Notes: generated from the letters alone by a model not told the origin. Positions 47,211-57,291 are shown, counted from the first letter of the stretch. The stretch is DNA of 64,000 nt from Pirellulaceae bacterium (GCA_023382975.1 JAHDXO010000005.1:44876-108875), one strand, 5' to 3'. Program-made: numbers and translations.

Positions 47211-48238
47211 GGCAAAGTCTCCGCGCAAGAGGCAGATGAATCGAGAGCGTAACGAGTCAACGCGAGCAGGTTTTCGCGAGGCGTGCCGCGGGGCACTTCG
47301 CACCCGGCGCCGATGATGTACCGCGGGCCGGCCTCGCGGTGGCACTGGGCAACCGCCGCGGTGATCGCCTCGGGCGTGCCGTTGCGCAACAACCGAACCG
47401 GATCGAGATTGCCCAGCAACACCGGCTCCGGCCCCATCGCCGCCCGCGCGTCGGCCACGGGAACCATGAAGTCCAGGTCGACGATCTCGCAGCCCAGGCG
47501 GCCGATCGGTTCGAGGATGCGGTTGATGTTGCCGCAGATGTGCAAGCGGACTTTGCAGCCCATCTCGTGCAAGCCGTCCACCAACCGCTTCTCGTATTCC
47601 CAGACGAAGTCCCGGTAGATCTGCGGGCCCACCAGCGACGCCGCCGCGTCGCCGACGCCCATCAGTTCCACCCCGGCCTCGACCTGGGCGCGGGCGAACC
47701 GCAGTCCCATCCGCAGCACGAACTCGAACAGCTCGTGGACGAAGGCCGGGTCGTCGTAGAAGTCGAGCATCAGGGTGTTGATTCCGCGCAGATCGGCCGC
47801 CTCGGCGCACGGGCCTTCGATCCAGCCCTCGATCAACCGCCCGCCGCCACGTTCGCGAAACAACGCGGCGGCCCGCACGCGGTCGTGCATGCGTCCGCCG
47901 CCCAGCGGATCGGGAATCTCCAGACTCTTCAGCGCCGCCTTGTCTGCCAACCGGGCGTTCATTTCGTCGATCGCCGGCGGCTGGTCGTCGAACACCTGCA
48001 CGTTGGCTCCGCAGTCGGCGGCTTCGCGGGCGGGATCGGAAATGCACGAGACGTAGTCGAACCCGTACGCCTCAGCCGTCTTCTCCTGACCCTCGACCAG
48101 CACGCGGTAGTCCGTCGCGTACTGTCCGTACGGACGGCGGATGTGATCGGCGGCGAACATCATGGTGATCGGCATCAGCGGGAGTCGGTCGACCGGATGA
48201 CCCGCGATCAGCGCGAGAATGCGTTCGCGTCCGTTCAT
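47207..48238 (-). CDS. Uroporphyrinogen-decarboxylase (URO-D) family protein (MtaA/CmuA-like).
   Basis: It starts MNGRERILALIAGHPVDRLPLMP and shows URO-D-family similarity. The start position was computed from the ORF track. Confidence 0.6.
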   Translation of the reverse strand: MNGRERILALIAGHPVDRLPLMPITMMFAADHIRRPYGQYATDYRVLVEGQEKTAEAYGFDYVSCISDPAREAADCGANVQVFDDQPPAIDEMNARLADKAALKSLEIPDPLGGGRMHDRVRAAALFRERGGGRLIEGWIEGPCAEAADLRGINTLMLDFYDDPAFVHELFEFVLRMGLRFARAQVEAGVELMGVGDAAASLVGPQIYRDFVWEYEKRLVDGLHEMGCKVRLHICGNINRILEPIGRLGCEIVDLDFMVPVADARAAMGPEPVLLGNLDPVRLLRNGTPEAITAAVAQCHREAGPRYIIGAGCEVPRGTPRENLLALTRYALDSSASCAETLP

Positions 48239-48313
48239 GGCAGTACCCTCAGCGCGGTTTCGTCGTCGTTGGAGCGTGGAATGCCGCAATGATCCCAATC
48301 GCCCCGCGGACTG

Positions 48314-48976
48314 TCAAGACGACGGCCCTGGTTCGTCGCGCGGGCCGAGTTGCGGAACCGATCCGAACCGGTAACCGAAATGTCGAAGGTCGTCCGCGTA
48401 ACGCCGCGCGACGACTTCCACCAGGTCCGGCGTGTAGTGCGGCTTGTGGAACTCGAAGTCGCTACGGCGTCGCGCGGAATCGATCGGCGTCCAGGGCAGC
48501 GGCGCCAAACCGAACCGCAGACGGATCGGCTCCCAGTCGGCGGGCAGGTTCTCGAAGCGGCCGACATAATCGACAACCAACCGCCGTTGGTAACCGAGCG
48601 TGTGGAACTGGCCGACGAAATGCCCGTCTGCTTGTTCGTCCGGGATCTCCGCGACGCCGTGGACGAAATCGGGAAAGGCCATGCCCGGAGTGAAGCCGAA
48701 ATCGCCGAAAATAAAGTCCCGACCGTGCAGCACCGGGCCGAGGATCTTGTCCTGGTAGCACGAAAACAGCCTCGCCCAGGGATCGCGCACAAAGGCGAAC
48801 CGGAAGTAGCCGTCCATCCCGGCCACTTCGGCTGTGGACGCGGCGGAGCAACGGGGCCAGTCATCGAACTCGATGCCCAGTTTGTCGGTGATCGCCCGGT
48901 GGATCACCATACTGGCCACCTTGGCCACCGCGATCCAGACGAACCGGGATTCGTGCGAAACCAGGATGCGCGTCAC
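48314..48976 (-). CDS. Sulfotransferase family (Sulfotransfer_2-like) protein.
   Basis: ILVSHESRFVWIAVAKVASM...RDPWARLFSCYQDKI fits the PAPS-binding 5'-PSB and 3'-PB pattern of this family. A GTG start at 48976 overlaps the GT4 stop (GTGA). Confidence 0.55.
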   Translation of the reverse strand: MTRILVSHESRFVWIAVAKVASMVIHRAITDKLGIEFDDWPRCSAASTAEVAGMDGYFRFAFVRDPWARLFSCYQDKILGPVLHGRDFIFGDFGFTPGMAFPDFVHGVAEIPDEQADGHFVGQFHTLGYQRRLVVDYVGRFENLPADWEPIRLRFGLAPLPWTPIDSARRRSDFEFHKPHYTPDLVEVVARRYADDLRHFGYRFGSVPQLGPRDEPGPSS

Positions 48977-50175
48977 GGGGCCAGCACCTCGGCACCCGCC
49001 GGGTGCGCCTGCCGATCCGCGCCGCGCCCGTGCTTCTCGGTCCACAACCGCTCGAACAACTGCTCGTACTGCCGAGCCATTCGCCAAGCGTGACCGTGCT
49101 GTTCGGCGTACCGGCGTCCTTCGGCCGCGACGCCGCGCGCCCAGTCAGGATGTTCCCACAAACGCCGCGCGGCCTGGCACACCGATTCCACTTCGCCGTC
49201 GACCACCAGCCCGTTCACCCGGTCGATGATCGCTTCCGGCACGCTGCCGACCGGCGTGGCAATCACGGGACGGCCGCACATCATGGCTTCCAGGACCACC
49301 AGCGCGAAGCCCTCGAATTCGGACAACAGGCAGAGCGTATCCAGCGACTGGTAGTAGTCTCCCAGATGCCGGTCGGCGCTGACGAAAGCGAACCGTCCGG
49401 GGATCAAGTCGTTGGCCAACTCGAACAACTCCTGACGGAGCGGTCCCCAGCCGACGACCAGCGCCTTGAAATTCGGCGGCAACTGGGCCGTCGCGCGGAT
49501 GACCCGGTCGGCGCGTTTCTCGGGCGACAGGCGGCCGACGAAGCCCAGGACGAAATCGTCGGGCTGGAAGCCGAGCGACGCGCGGACCTGTTGCCGCGAA
49601 CGGGTCTTGCTGAGCCGCGCCGTATCGACGCCGTTCAGGATCACCGAACTGGGAAACCCGTCGCACACCTTTCGCTGAACGCCCTGGCTGACAGCCACCA
49701 CGTGATCGACCACGCGGCGGCTGCCGACCAGCAGGTCGTGCGTCCAATAACTGTCGCCGTGCGCCAGATAGACGCACAACGGAGGGCGGCAATCGGCCAG
49801 CCAAGAATCCAGCATCATTCCCCAAAACATCACGACATCGTGCTCCCGGGCCGCCTGCCGCACCGATAGCTCGTCCCCCGGTTCGACCGGCACGGGCATG
49901 TCGGCCGCCACGGCGGGATCGAGCATGTTCGGATCGGTGACGATGCACTTCTCGATCCGAACTCGGGAAGGATCGAGGAACCGAGCCAGGTCGATCGCGT
50001 GGTTCTCCGCTCCGCCGCGGGAGAAACACGGTCCGATGTGGACCACCCGCAACGGCTTCGGAGCCAGCGGCGCGGTCGCTTCTCCGGCCGAGAACTGCGA
50101 CGATTGCGCCGCCGAAGACCGCTTCGGTAACTCGCGGTAGGCGTAGGTGTCGGACTGGTTCGCCAAATAAGTCAT
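48973..50175 (-). CDS. Glycosyltransferase family 4 (GT-B fold).
   Basis: It has the C-terminal EX7E-type motif region (LLSEFEGFALVVLEAMMCGRPVIATPVGSVPE). Start is MTYLANQ at 50175, with 'cat' confirmed. Confidence 0.75.
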   Translation of the reverse strand: MTYLANQSDTYAYRELPKRSSAAQSSQFSAGEATAPLAPKPLRVVHIGPCFSRGGAENHAIDLARFLDPSRVRIEKCIVTDPNMLDPAVAADMPVPVEPGDELSVRQAAREHDVVMFWGMMLDSWLADCRPPLCVYLAHGDSYWTHDLLVGSRRVVDHVVAVSQGVQRKVCDGFPSSVILNGVDTARLSKTRSRQQVRASLGFQPDDFVLGFVGRLSPEKRADRVIRATAQLPPNFKALVVGWGPLRQELFELANDLIPGRFAFVSADRHLGDYYQSLDTLCLLSEFEGFALVVLEAMMCGRPVIATPVGSVPEAIIDRVNGLVVDGEVESVCQAARRLWEHPDWARGVAAEGRRYAEQHGHAWRMARQYEQLFERLWTEKHGRGADRQAHPAGAEVLAP

Positions 50176-50268
50176 GGTGCTGTCTCCCGTGGTCGTTCTC
50201 AAGTCGGAATTGCTTGACGTCGGAGTATGGGTTCGATCCGGATTCTCGCCGATTCGGTTGCGGGGTGG

Positions 50269-52800
50269 TCAGGGGTTGCCGCCGGGCTTGACGGCTCCAA
50301 CGTGAGCGGGAAACTCCGAATCGTTCGCCCCGGCGGTCCACAGGGGCGAATCGGGCGGGGGACGGAGGAAATCGGCGTGCTCGCGATCACTTCGATTGAT
50401 GACGTCGATCTTTGGCTGAATCTCCGCCAAGCTAGGCCAGAGGTTGTTCCATTCGGACCTGGTTTGGTCCGTTTCCCACCAATTCGATCGAAACTTCCAA
50501 TTGGCTGCGATCCCGGGGAGAACGTCCGGTTCGCCTTGAACGCTCCCGCTGGCCAGGATCAGATTATTGACAAAGGCGATCCCGGCCGGCTCGAACGTGG
50601 CCGAATGCACCAATCCCAGCCAGTGTTCCATCCCATAGAACGTGTTATTGCAGACGACCAACTGTTCGAGTTGCGATGGCGTCTGGACGTCCAGATTCAG
50701 CGCGACGGTTGTGCCGGGCCACCCCGTTCCTTCCGCGGCGTCCGAATCGGCGCGCAAGAACTGGTTGCCGCGAATCGTCACGTTCTTCAGCAGGCCGTCG
50801 GCCAGCACCAAGACTCCGCGTCCCTCGAATCGGTTCTCCTCTAGACGCACCGTCTGCAGTCCTTCCGCACAGCTCATCCGCAAGCAATGGCCTGTCCCCG
50901 GGGAATCGAGAGTCGAACGGCGAATCGTGATCGGACCGGCATTCCCGTTCGTCGCTCGGGCTCGAATATCGATGGCGGGCGAACCGCCGCTGGGCGGCTG
51001 AACACAACGCACCTGCTCGACCAACACGTCTTGGCAGTCCCCTTCGATCACGATTCCATAACAGCCGCCGGTTCGGATCTCGAGGCCGCGGATCGTGATC
51101 CCCGAGACGTCCCGGACCGTGACCACGGCCGAGTCCGAACTCGAGTCGGCACATTTCAGAACGGGCCGGAGTGCGGCGTCGGGCGCGGCGGCCAAAGTGA
51201 CGCCAGCCAATCGCTCCGGATCGTCGACCAAGATCGTTTCGTCATACTCCTTGTCGGGATAGATCTGAACGGTGACGCCAGGCGTAGCTCGGAGAAGTGC
51301 TTCCGCGATCGTTCCGAAGCCGCCCGGTCGCTTGGCGAGGTCGCCCACCGCGATGATGCCTGCGAAGCTTCCGCCGATCTCGATGATCTCCGCGCCGGAT
51401 TCGGGCGACTGACCGTCCTGATGCCGGCCCAGAATCGGCCAGATCGCCAGCAGTGCAAGAATGAGCACGAGCGGCACGACGGCCAGGACTCGGCGCGATG
51501 TCACCCGCGGTCGCTTGGGAAGAATCTGGATTTCCGTCTGTGTTGGACTTTCTGACATGCCTTCCGATGGGCCCTCTAGAATTGTCTCCGACGTATTTTC
51601 CGAAGGCTCCACCACGGGTGCCTCGGAGCGTTGCTGCAGGCGTATGTTGCGCATGACTCCCGAGATTTCGTCCGTGGGCGATTCGTTCAACCGGGCCTGA
51701 TAATGCTCCAGAAGGTCGGCGAGTTCCGCGGCGCTCGAGAAGCGATCTTCCGGGCGTTTGGCGAGCAAACGCTGAGTCACGTCCACGAGAAATCCCGGAG
51801 TTCCCGGAATAACCTGATCCAAAGGTGGCGGGTCGTCTTCCACAATTCGGCGCGCGATTTCGAATTGACTGGTCCCTCGAAACGGTGTGCGGCCGGCAAC
51901 CATCGCGTAGATGACACAGCCCAAGCTGAACAGGTCCGTGCGCGAATCCAGTTCCCCGGCCGTCACCTGCTCGGGCGACATGTAGGCGGGCGTCCCGACG
52001 GCCAAACCGTGCGACGTCAAGTCGACCTGGTCGATCGCCGCGCGAGCCAGTCCGAAATCCGTGAGCTTCACCCACAGGGCGCCGCGATCCAGCAAGAGAT
52101 TTCCGGGTTTGATGTCGCGGTGGATCACGCCCTGCTGATGCGCCGCAGCCAGTCCCTGGGCGATGCCCTTGGCTAAACGCACGACTTCCATCGGGGGCAA
52201 TCGCTCGCGGTTGCGAATGTATTCCCGCAACGTGCCCCCCGCCACGTATTCCATCACCAAGTAAGGGGAACTCCGCTGCTCTTCCACCCCGAAAATCGTC
52301 ACTACATTCGGATGGATGATCCCGGCCGCGGCCCGGGCTTCGCGGATGAAACGACGTCGCGCCCGCTCGCTGGTCGAGATCTGTCGTTTCAGCAGCTTGA
52401 TGGCAACCGTTCGTCGCAGGCCTTCCTCGTAGGCCTCCAGCACGACTCCCATCGCGCCTTGCCCGATGATGCGCCGGACTTGGTATCTTCCCAGACGGCC
52501 CAGGAAGTCAGGATTCTTCGAAGGTTCCAGCAGCGAAGCGTCGAAGCTGTCTTCCGCGTCGTCGTCCGCGGTGGGACGTGCCGCTTCGACGATGCTGACT
52601 TGGTGCGACCCACTCTTGGTCGCTTCCGCGTTGTCCTGCAGATCGTCGCCGAAATCGTGGAACAACTCCTCCTGAAACCAGACGACTCGGCTTGAGCACT
52701 TCTGGCAGGACTCCAGATGGCCCCGGATTGGCTCGCGTACCCCCTCATCCAGCAGTCCCGCGGCAAAATTGATCAATAGATCGTCGGTTGGACAGTTCAT
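50269..52800 (-). CDS. Ser/Thr protein kinase with an N-terminal zinc-finger-like CxxC pairs, one transmembrane segment, and a C-terminal right-handed beta-helix (pectin-lyase-fold) extracytoplasmic domain.
   Basis: Kinase motifs are present: GQGAMGVVLEA...AIK, HRDIKPGNLLL, DFGLA, and SPEQ. The N-terminal HLESCQKCSS is zinc-finger-like. The C-terminus has repeated beta-helix-like units (ITIRG..., VTIRGN...). Start is MNCPTDDLL at 52800, with 'cat' confirmed. Confidence 0.8.
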   Translation of the reverse strand: MNCPTDDLLINFAAGLLDEGVREPIRGHLESCQKCSSRVVWFQEELFHDFGDDLQDNAEATKSGSHQVSIVEAARPTADDDAEDSFDASLLEPSKNPDFLGRLGRYQVRRIIGQGAMGVVLEAYEEGLRRTVAIKLLKRQISTSERARRRFIREARAAAGIIHPNVVTIFGVEEQRSSPYLVMEYVAGGTLREYIRNRERLPPMEVVRLAKGIAQGLAAAHQQGVIHRDIKPGNLLLDRGALWVKLTDFGLARAAIDQVDLTSHGLAVGTPAYMSPEQVTAGELDSRTDLFSLGCVIYAMVAGRTPFRGTSQFEIARRIVEDDPPPLDQVIPGTPGFLVDVTQRLLAKRPEDRFSSAAELADLLEHYQARLNESPTDEISGVMRNIRLQQRSEAPVVEPSENTSETILEGPSEGMSESPTQTEIQILPKRPRVTSRRVLAVVPLVLILALLAIWPILGRHQDGQSPESGAEIIEIGGSFAGIIAVGDLAKRPGGFGTIAEALLRATPGVTVQIYPDKEYDETILVDDPERLAGVTLAAAPDAALRPVLKCADSSSDSAVVTVRDVSGITIRGLEIRTGGCYGIVIEGDCQDVLVEQVRCVQPPSGGSPAIDIRARATNGNAGPITIRRSTLDSPGTGHCLRMSCAEGLQTVRLEENRFEGRGVLVLADGLLKNVTIRGNQFLRADSDAAEGTGWPGTTVALNLDVQTPSQLEQLVVCNNTFYGMEHWLGLVHSATFEPAGIAFVNNLILASGSVQGEPDVLPGIAANWKFRSNWWETDQTRSEWNNLWPSLAEIQPKIDVINRSDREHADFLRPPPDSPLWTAGANDSEFPAHVGAVKPGGNP

Positions 52801-52930
52801 GGATTGTCCGTTTCTTCGCGAGGTTTGATCCTGAGGTTGCGATTCTAACATCGCCCCGTCAATTTGCCTACCACTTTCGGGCAGCGAATACTGGAGCTTC
52901 GTCGGGATTCCTGTAAAACTGACAACCTCG

Positions 52931-53851
52931 ATGATTCAACGCATTTCTGAGGAGGCAACGATCGCCATGACTTCCGACCTTTCTCTCCAGCACCTACCTT
53001 CGGGTGCCCTCTTTTCCTTGCCCGAGACTCGGGCGGCGTGGGAAGCGTATCGCTTGACGCCCGAGCAAGTGGCTCGTTATGAGCAGGACGGGTTCCTGAG
53101 CGGTATCCGGATTCTGGACGACGATCAAATTGAGCGGCTGCGCACGGAACTGGAGACCTTCTTCGAACCTGCCCATCCGGGGCATGAGCTTTGGTACGAG
53201 TACCACACCAACGAATCGGCCGATCCGAGCAGAGTATTGTTTCATGCCTTGGGAGCGTGGCGGATCGCCCTTGGCTTTCACGATCTGTTGTGGCACCCCG
53301 CTTTCACCGTGCCGGCCAGTCAACTGCTGGGCGGTCCCGTGCGGTTCTGGCACGACCAGTTGTTCTGCAAACCGGCGCATCATGGGGGAGTTGTCGCGTG
53401 GCACCAGGACTATTCGTACTGGACCAGAAGCCAGCCGATGGCCCATCTGACCTGTTGGATCGGCTTGGACGACAGCACCCGGGACAACGGATGCGTCCAT
53501 TACGTCCCGGGCAGCCATCGCTGGCCCCTGCTGCCGATCACCGGGTTGGCTGGCGATATGGATGCTATTCGCCAAGTGCTTGATCCGCAACAATGGGAGC
53601 AGTTCCAACATCCCGTGGCAGTCGAATTGAAGCGGGGCGAGGCGACCTTCCACCATCCGTTGATGGTCCACGGCTCGTTCGAAAACCGCACCGATCGCCC
53701 GCGCCGCGCCGCCGTGATCAACTCGGTGCTCGACGGCGTGAAGTCGGTTTCGGATCAGCCGCTGTTGCAAGGAGTTCCGGTCCTCCCGCCCGGCACGCCG
53801 CTGGGCGGGCAGTTTTTCCCTTTGCTGTTCGATCCAGCCGTGTTGGCTTGA
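52931..53851 (+). CDS. Phytanoyl-CoA dioxygenase (PhyH) family Fe(II)/2-oxoglutarate oxygenase.
   Basis: WHQDYSYW...H..GSHRW fits the PhyH His-Asp...His metal-binding pattern. Confidence 0.7.
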   Translation: MIQRISEEATIAMTSDLSLQHLPSGALFSLPETRAAWEAYRLTPEQVARYEQDGFLSGIRILDDDQIERLRTELETFFEPAHPGHELWYEYHTNESADPSRVLFHALGAWRIALGFHDLLWHPAFTVPASQLLGGPVRFWHDQLFCKPAHHGGVVAWHQDYSYWTRSQPMAHLTCWIGLDDSTRDNGCVHYVPGSHRWPLLPITGLAGDMDAIRQVLDPQQWEQFQHPVAVELKRGEATFHHPLMVHGSFENRTDRPRRAAVINSVLDGVKSVSDQPLLQGVPVLPPGTPLGGQFFPLLFDPAVLA

Positions 53852-53857
53852 TCGACG

Positions 53858-53888
53858 TTCGCGAAGCGAATTCTCGTGAATTCGCCTA
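53858..53888. repeat. Copy of the GAATTC-N4-GAATTC palindromic repeat.
   Basis: gcGAATTCtcgtGAATTCgcctac. Confidence 0.7.
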
Positions 53889-53994
53889 CAGAGTCCTGAT
53901 CGAGGCAAGATCCTCCACCGCCATGCGAAATACGATCGGTTTGTGGATCTGCCTCACGACTCACGCAACATCCAAGAAGAAGGAGATCATTTCG

Positions 53995-55719
53995 ATGTCT
54001 CGAACCAGAGTGCTCTTGACCTTGATGGTGCTCGCGCTATGCGGCACCTTGTTCCGTTCCGCAGCGGCGGCCGAAGATGTCTTGAAGGTAGTGCCCCACG
54101 ACGTCCTGGGCGCAGTGGTCGTTAGCGATCCGGCGGGAACGGTGGGCAAGTGGAGCGAGGCGGCCGCGAAGCTCGATATGCCCGCGCCCGACTTTGCTGC
54201 CATGCTCAAGCAACAGTTCGGCGCGATCGAAGGGATCGACCGTCGCGGCTCCGCCGCGATTGCTGCGGTTCCCGCGGACGGTCCCAGCGGCCCGACGATG
54301 GTCGCATTCGTGCCGGTCACCGACTATGGCAAGTTGCTCCAGTCCGTAGCCGCCGAGAAAGCGAGCGAGACGATTTCCAAGGCGACGGTTGCCGGACGCG
54401 CCGTGCTGATCGCTCAACACGGCGCATTTGCCCTGGTCACCGAGGCCGGCGGGGAGGCTGCCCTGAACAAAACGATCGCTGCGCGACGCAGCCTGGGCGA
54501 CGACATGACGGCGCTCAAGGAACGACTCGTCGGGGTGGACGTCTACGCCGTCGCGGCTCCGGCGGGAATCAAGATGGCTCAGCAGCAGTTGCTGGCAGGA
54601 CTGGCCGCGGCCAAAGCCGCGATGGAGCAGCAGGGCGAGGCGGCGCAGCAAGCCGTCGTCGGGCTGCAGATGTACGAATCGATGTTCCAGAACATGGACC
54701 GCGAGATCACTCACGCCGTGGCCGCCGCCCGCGTCGAGGACGGTGGTACGGTTCGCGTCACGTTGAGCGCGGCCTTTACGGCCGATGGCTTGCTCGCCCG
54801 CTTGGGCAGCGCACCCAAGACGCCGCCGGTGGATCTGCTGGAGGATCTACCGCTGGGCGAGTTCCTGTTCGCCGGGGGCGGGAAGCTGCCGCTGGACTGG
54901 AGCACCACGCTAGCCGAACTGTCGAAGAACGTGATGAAAATGTACTTTCAGGATGCCAAGCTGAGCGATGCACAACTGGACGAGATCACCAAGGCATCCG
55001 CGGAATCCGCCAAGGGCATGCACAGCATGTCCATGATGATGGGACTGGTTCCGCCCGACGAGCCGCTGTACGCCAACACCGTCCTGGTGCTCAAAGTCGA
55101 CGACGCGCGGACGTACATGGATGCCTACGTCCGGGCGATGGAGCAGATGAACGAGGTCATGAAGGGTTTGGAGAAGCCGCCGCTGGGCTACGCGGTCGAA
55201 CGGATTCGCGTGGGCGGCAAAGACGGTTTTCGGATCGAAATGCAATTGAAAGGGATGATCGCCGACCCGGCGGTGCCCAACATGAACGCGATGTTCGAGA
55301 AGATGTTCGGAGCGGCCGATTCCATGTCCATCTACTTGGCGGCTCGCGATGAACACACCGTGGTGGGCACATACATTTCTCTGCGGCGTCTGGAGGAACT
55401 TCTGAAGCAGGGCAGCGGCCAAGCATCGTTGAGCCGCGATCCTCAAGTGACCAAGACGCTGGCGCTGTTGCCGCCCAATGCCGACGGGATCGGATTGTGG
55501 AGTCCTTCGGCCACGTTCAAGTTCGCGGCCCAAATGATCGGCGCGATCGAGCCCCAGGCAGCGACGATGATCCCCGCCTTTCCCGAAAGTCCGCCGCTGG
55601 GTGTGGCGACCGGCATGACCGCCCAGCGGTTGGATATCGACGTGGTGTTGCCCGCCGAGTTGCTGCGGGCGATCGCAGCGTTTGCCCGGCAGATCCAAGA
55701 GCCGCAGCAACTGAATTGA
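53995..55719 (+). CDS. Secreted hypothetical protein, 574 aa.
   Basis: An AAGGAG RBS lies 9 nt upstream of the ATG confirmed at 53995. Signal peptide MSRTRVLLTLMVLALCGTLFRSAAAAED. I do not recognise a domain. The ORF track extends upstream to 53593 through the repeat. Confidence 0.6.
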   Translation: MSRTRVLLTLMVLALCGTLFRSAAAAEDVLKVVPHDVLGAVVVSDPAGTVGKWSEAAAKLDMPAPDFAAMLKQQFGAIEGIDRRGSAAIAAVPADGPSGPTMVAFVPVTDYGKLLQSVAAEKASETISKATVAGRAVLIAQHGAFALVTEAGGEAALNKTIAARRSLGDDMTALKERLVGVDVYAVAAPAGIKMAQQQLLAGLAAAKAAMEQQGEAAQQAVVGLQMYESMFQNMDREITHAVAAARVEDGGTVRVTLSAAFTADGLLARLGSAPKTPPVDLLEDLPLGEFLFAGGGKLPLDWSTTLAELSKNVMKMYFQDAKLSDAQLDEITKASAESAKGMHSMSMMMGLVPPDEPLYANTVLVLKVDDARTYMDAYVRAMEQMNEVMKGLEKPPLGYAVERIRVGGKDGFRIEMQLKGMIADPAVPNMNAMFEKMFGAADSMSIYLAARDEHTVVGTYISLRRLEELLKQGSGQASLSRDPQVTKTLALLPPNADGIGLWSPSATFKFAAQMIGAIEPQAATMIPAFPESPPLGVATGMTAQRLDIDVVLPAELLRAIAAFARQIQEPQQLN

Positions 55720-55742
55720 CCGATCCTCTCAGCGAGACCGCC

Positions 55743-57158
55743 GTGGATACGACCACCCGCCAGTGCCAGGGCTGCAACCAACCGTTCTCCGATGACGGGG
55801 AACAGGCGTTCTGCCCTCGCTGCCGGCAGTCGGCGACCGCTTGCGGCGACGATCTGACGCGGGACATGGCCGAGACGATCTCCTACGATCTCGGCGTCCC
55901 CCCCGCGCCGCCCAACGATTTGGCCCGGCAGTTCACCGGCCGCACGTTCGACGCCTACACGATCGATTCGCTGGTTGGACGAGGCGGGATGGCCTGGGTC
56001 TTCCGGGCCAGGCACAATTGGCTGGAGCGGCCGTGCGCGATCAAGATCCTGAGCCCCGAACTGCAGCAGCGCAGCCCGGACTTTCTGGCTCAGTTCATCG
56101 CCGAGGCCCGCGCGGCCGCTTCCGTCGTTCATCCCCACATCGTGACCGTCCACAACATCGGTCAAACGGACGATCACCACTACATTGAATTGGAGTACGT
56201 CGCGGGACGCTCGCTGCAGAGCATCCTGGTCGAACGCCAATGCCTGCCGCCGCTGCAAGCCACCGAGCTGCTGCTGCAAAGCTGCGCCGCGTTGGCCGCG
56301 GCGCATCGCAGCGGGTTGATCCACCGCGATTTCAAGCCCTCGAACATCCTGGTCGCCGACGGCCAACATGCCAAACTCGCCGATTTCGGCTTGGCCAAGC
56401 GGATCGTCGCCGAGACGTTGGACGAGGCCGCGGGCGACTTGGCGGGGACGCCTCCCTACATGGCCCCGGAGTTGTTCGCCCACCGGCGAGCCGATCCGCG
56501 GAGCGACGTCTATGCAGTCGGGGTTTCTTTCTACTACCTGCTGACCGGAACCCTGCCGTTCGGCGAACGCAACCTGCCGAGACTGATCCGCCAGCACGCG
56601 GAACTCGCTCCGCCCGATCCGCGACAGTGCTGTCCCGAGCTGCCGGACGAAGTCGTGGAACTGATCGAACGCTGCTTGGCGAAACGCCCGGAAGATCGCC
56701 CGGAAGACGGCGATCAACTGTACCTGTCGCTGCGCGAAGTGTATCTCGGTCTGCGCGACATCCGTTCGCTGGTGGCCGAGGCCATAGCGACGCTGAATCT
56801 GACGGTCCACACGGACGGCGACCGCCAGATTGTCGACGTGCCGCTGCCCGGCGGTCGGAGGCAGCGGGTCTTCATCGAAGACCGCACCGCCGGTCCTTGG
56901 GCGGAACATCTGGTCAAGATCTACAGCCTGTGCTGCCCGGTTCGAGAAGACTATTTCCGTCGCGCCTTGGAATTGAACGCCGACATCGCCTTCGGCTCGC
57001 TGGCCATCGAAGAGATTGACGGACAGCCGTTTTTCGTCATGGTCAACCGCTACCCGCGCTCGACGTGCGACGCCGAGGAGATCCGGCAGAGCGTTCTGGA
57101 CATCTCCAAGTGGGCCGACAAGGTCGAAGACGCGCTGACCGGCGAAGACCGCCACTGA
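55743..57158 (+). CDS. Ser/Thr protein kinase with an N-terminal CxxC...CxxC zinc-ribbon-like motif.
   Basis: VGRGGMAWVFRA...AIKIL, HRDFKPSNILV, DFGLAK, and APE are the kinase motifs. The N-terminal CQGCNQPFSDDGEQAFCPRCRQ is zinc-ribbon-like. The start is uncertain: GTG at 55743 (in frame, just after the upstream stop) or ATG at 55866. Confidence 0.7.
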   Translation: MDTTTRQCQGCNQPFSDDGEQAFCPRCRQSATACGDDLTRDMAETISYDLGVPPAPPNDLARQFTGRTFDAYTIDSLVGRGGMAWVFRARHNWLERPCAIKILSPELQQRSPDFLAQFIAEARAAASVVHPHIVTVHNIGQTDDHHYIELEYVAGRSLQSILVERQCLPPLQATELLLQSCAALAAAHRSGLIHRDFKPSNILVADGQHAKLADFGLAKRIVAETLDEAAGDLAGTPPYMAPELFAHRRADPRSDVYAVGVSFYYLLTGTLPFGERNLPRLIRQHAELAPPDPRQCCPELPDEVVELIERCLAKRPEDRPEDGDQLYLSLREVYLGLRDIRSLVAEAIATLNLTVHTDGDRQIVDVPLPGGRRQRVFIEDRTAGPWAEHLVKIYSLCCPVREDYFRRALELNADIAFGSLAIEEIDGQPFFVMVNRYPRSTCDAEEIRQSVLDISKWADKVEDALTGEDRH

Positions 57159-57170
57159 CCCCGCCGCCTC

Positions 57171-57228
57171 GCGCGTTGAACGGCAAGCCGAAGGCGTCTG
57201 CGCCCCGCGTTGAACGGCAAGCCGCAGG
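57171..57228. repeat. Two direct copies of the 'CGTTGAACGGCAAGCCG(A/C)AGG' repeat (family 2), spaced 35 nt apart.
   Basis: gcgCGTTGAACGGCAAGCCGAAGGcg ... ccgCGTTGAACGGCAAGCCGCAGGcg. The same motif forms the outer arms of the 46038-46266 element. Confidence 0.7.
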
Positions 57229-57291
57229 CGATCTCATCCCGCGGTGCTTCCCCATGCATACGCTTCGGGTTTGGTCCAGGTTAAGCTATGA

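Noticed and set aside
46338-48047. 569-aa reading of the TIM-barrel gene with a ~280-aa R-rich N-terminal extension. The same issue affects pepF (18395), uppP (38678), the acetate--CoA ligase gene (27221), the transglutaminase-like gene (32545), and the 32395..32952 ORF.
   Set aside because: The extensions arise from alternative or far-upstream start codons in the ORF track. They overlap neighbouring genes in another frame. Internal ATG or GTG codons with RBSs and 4-nt coupling overlaps match the family N-termini.
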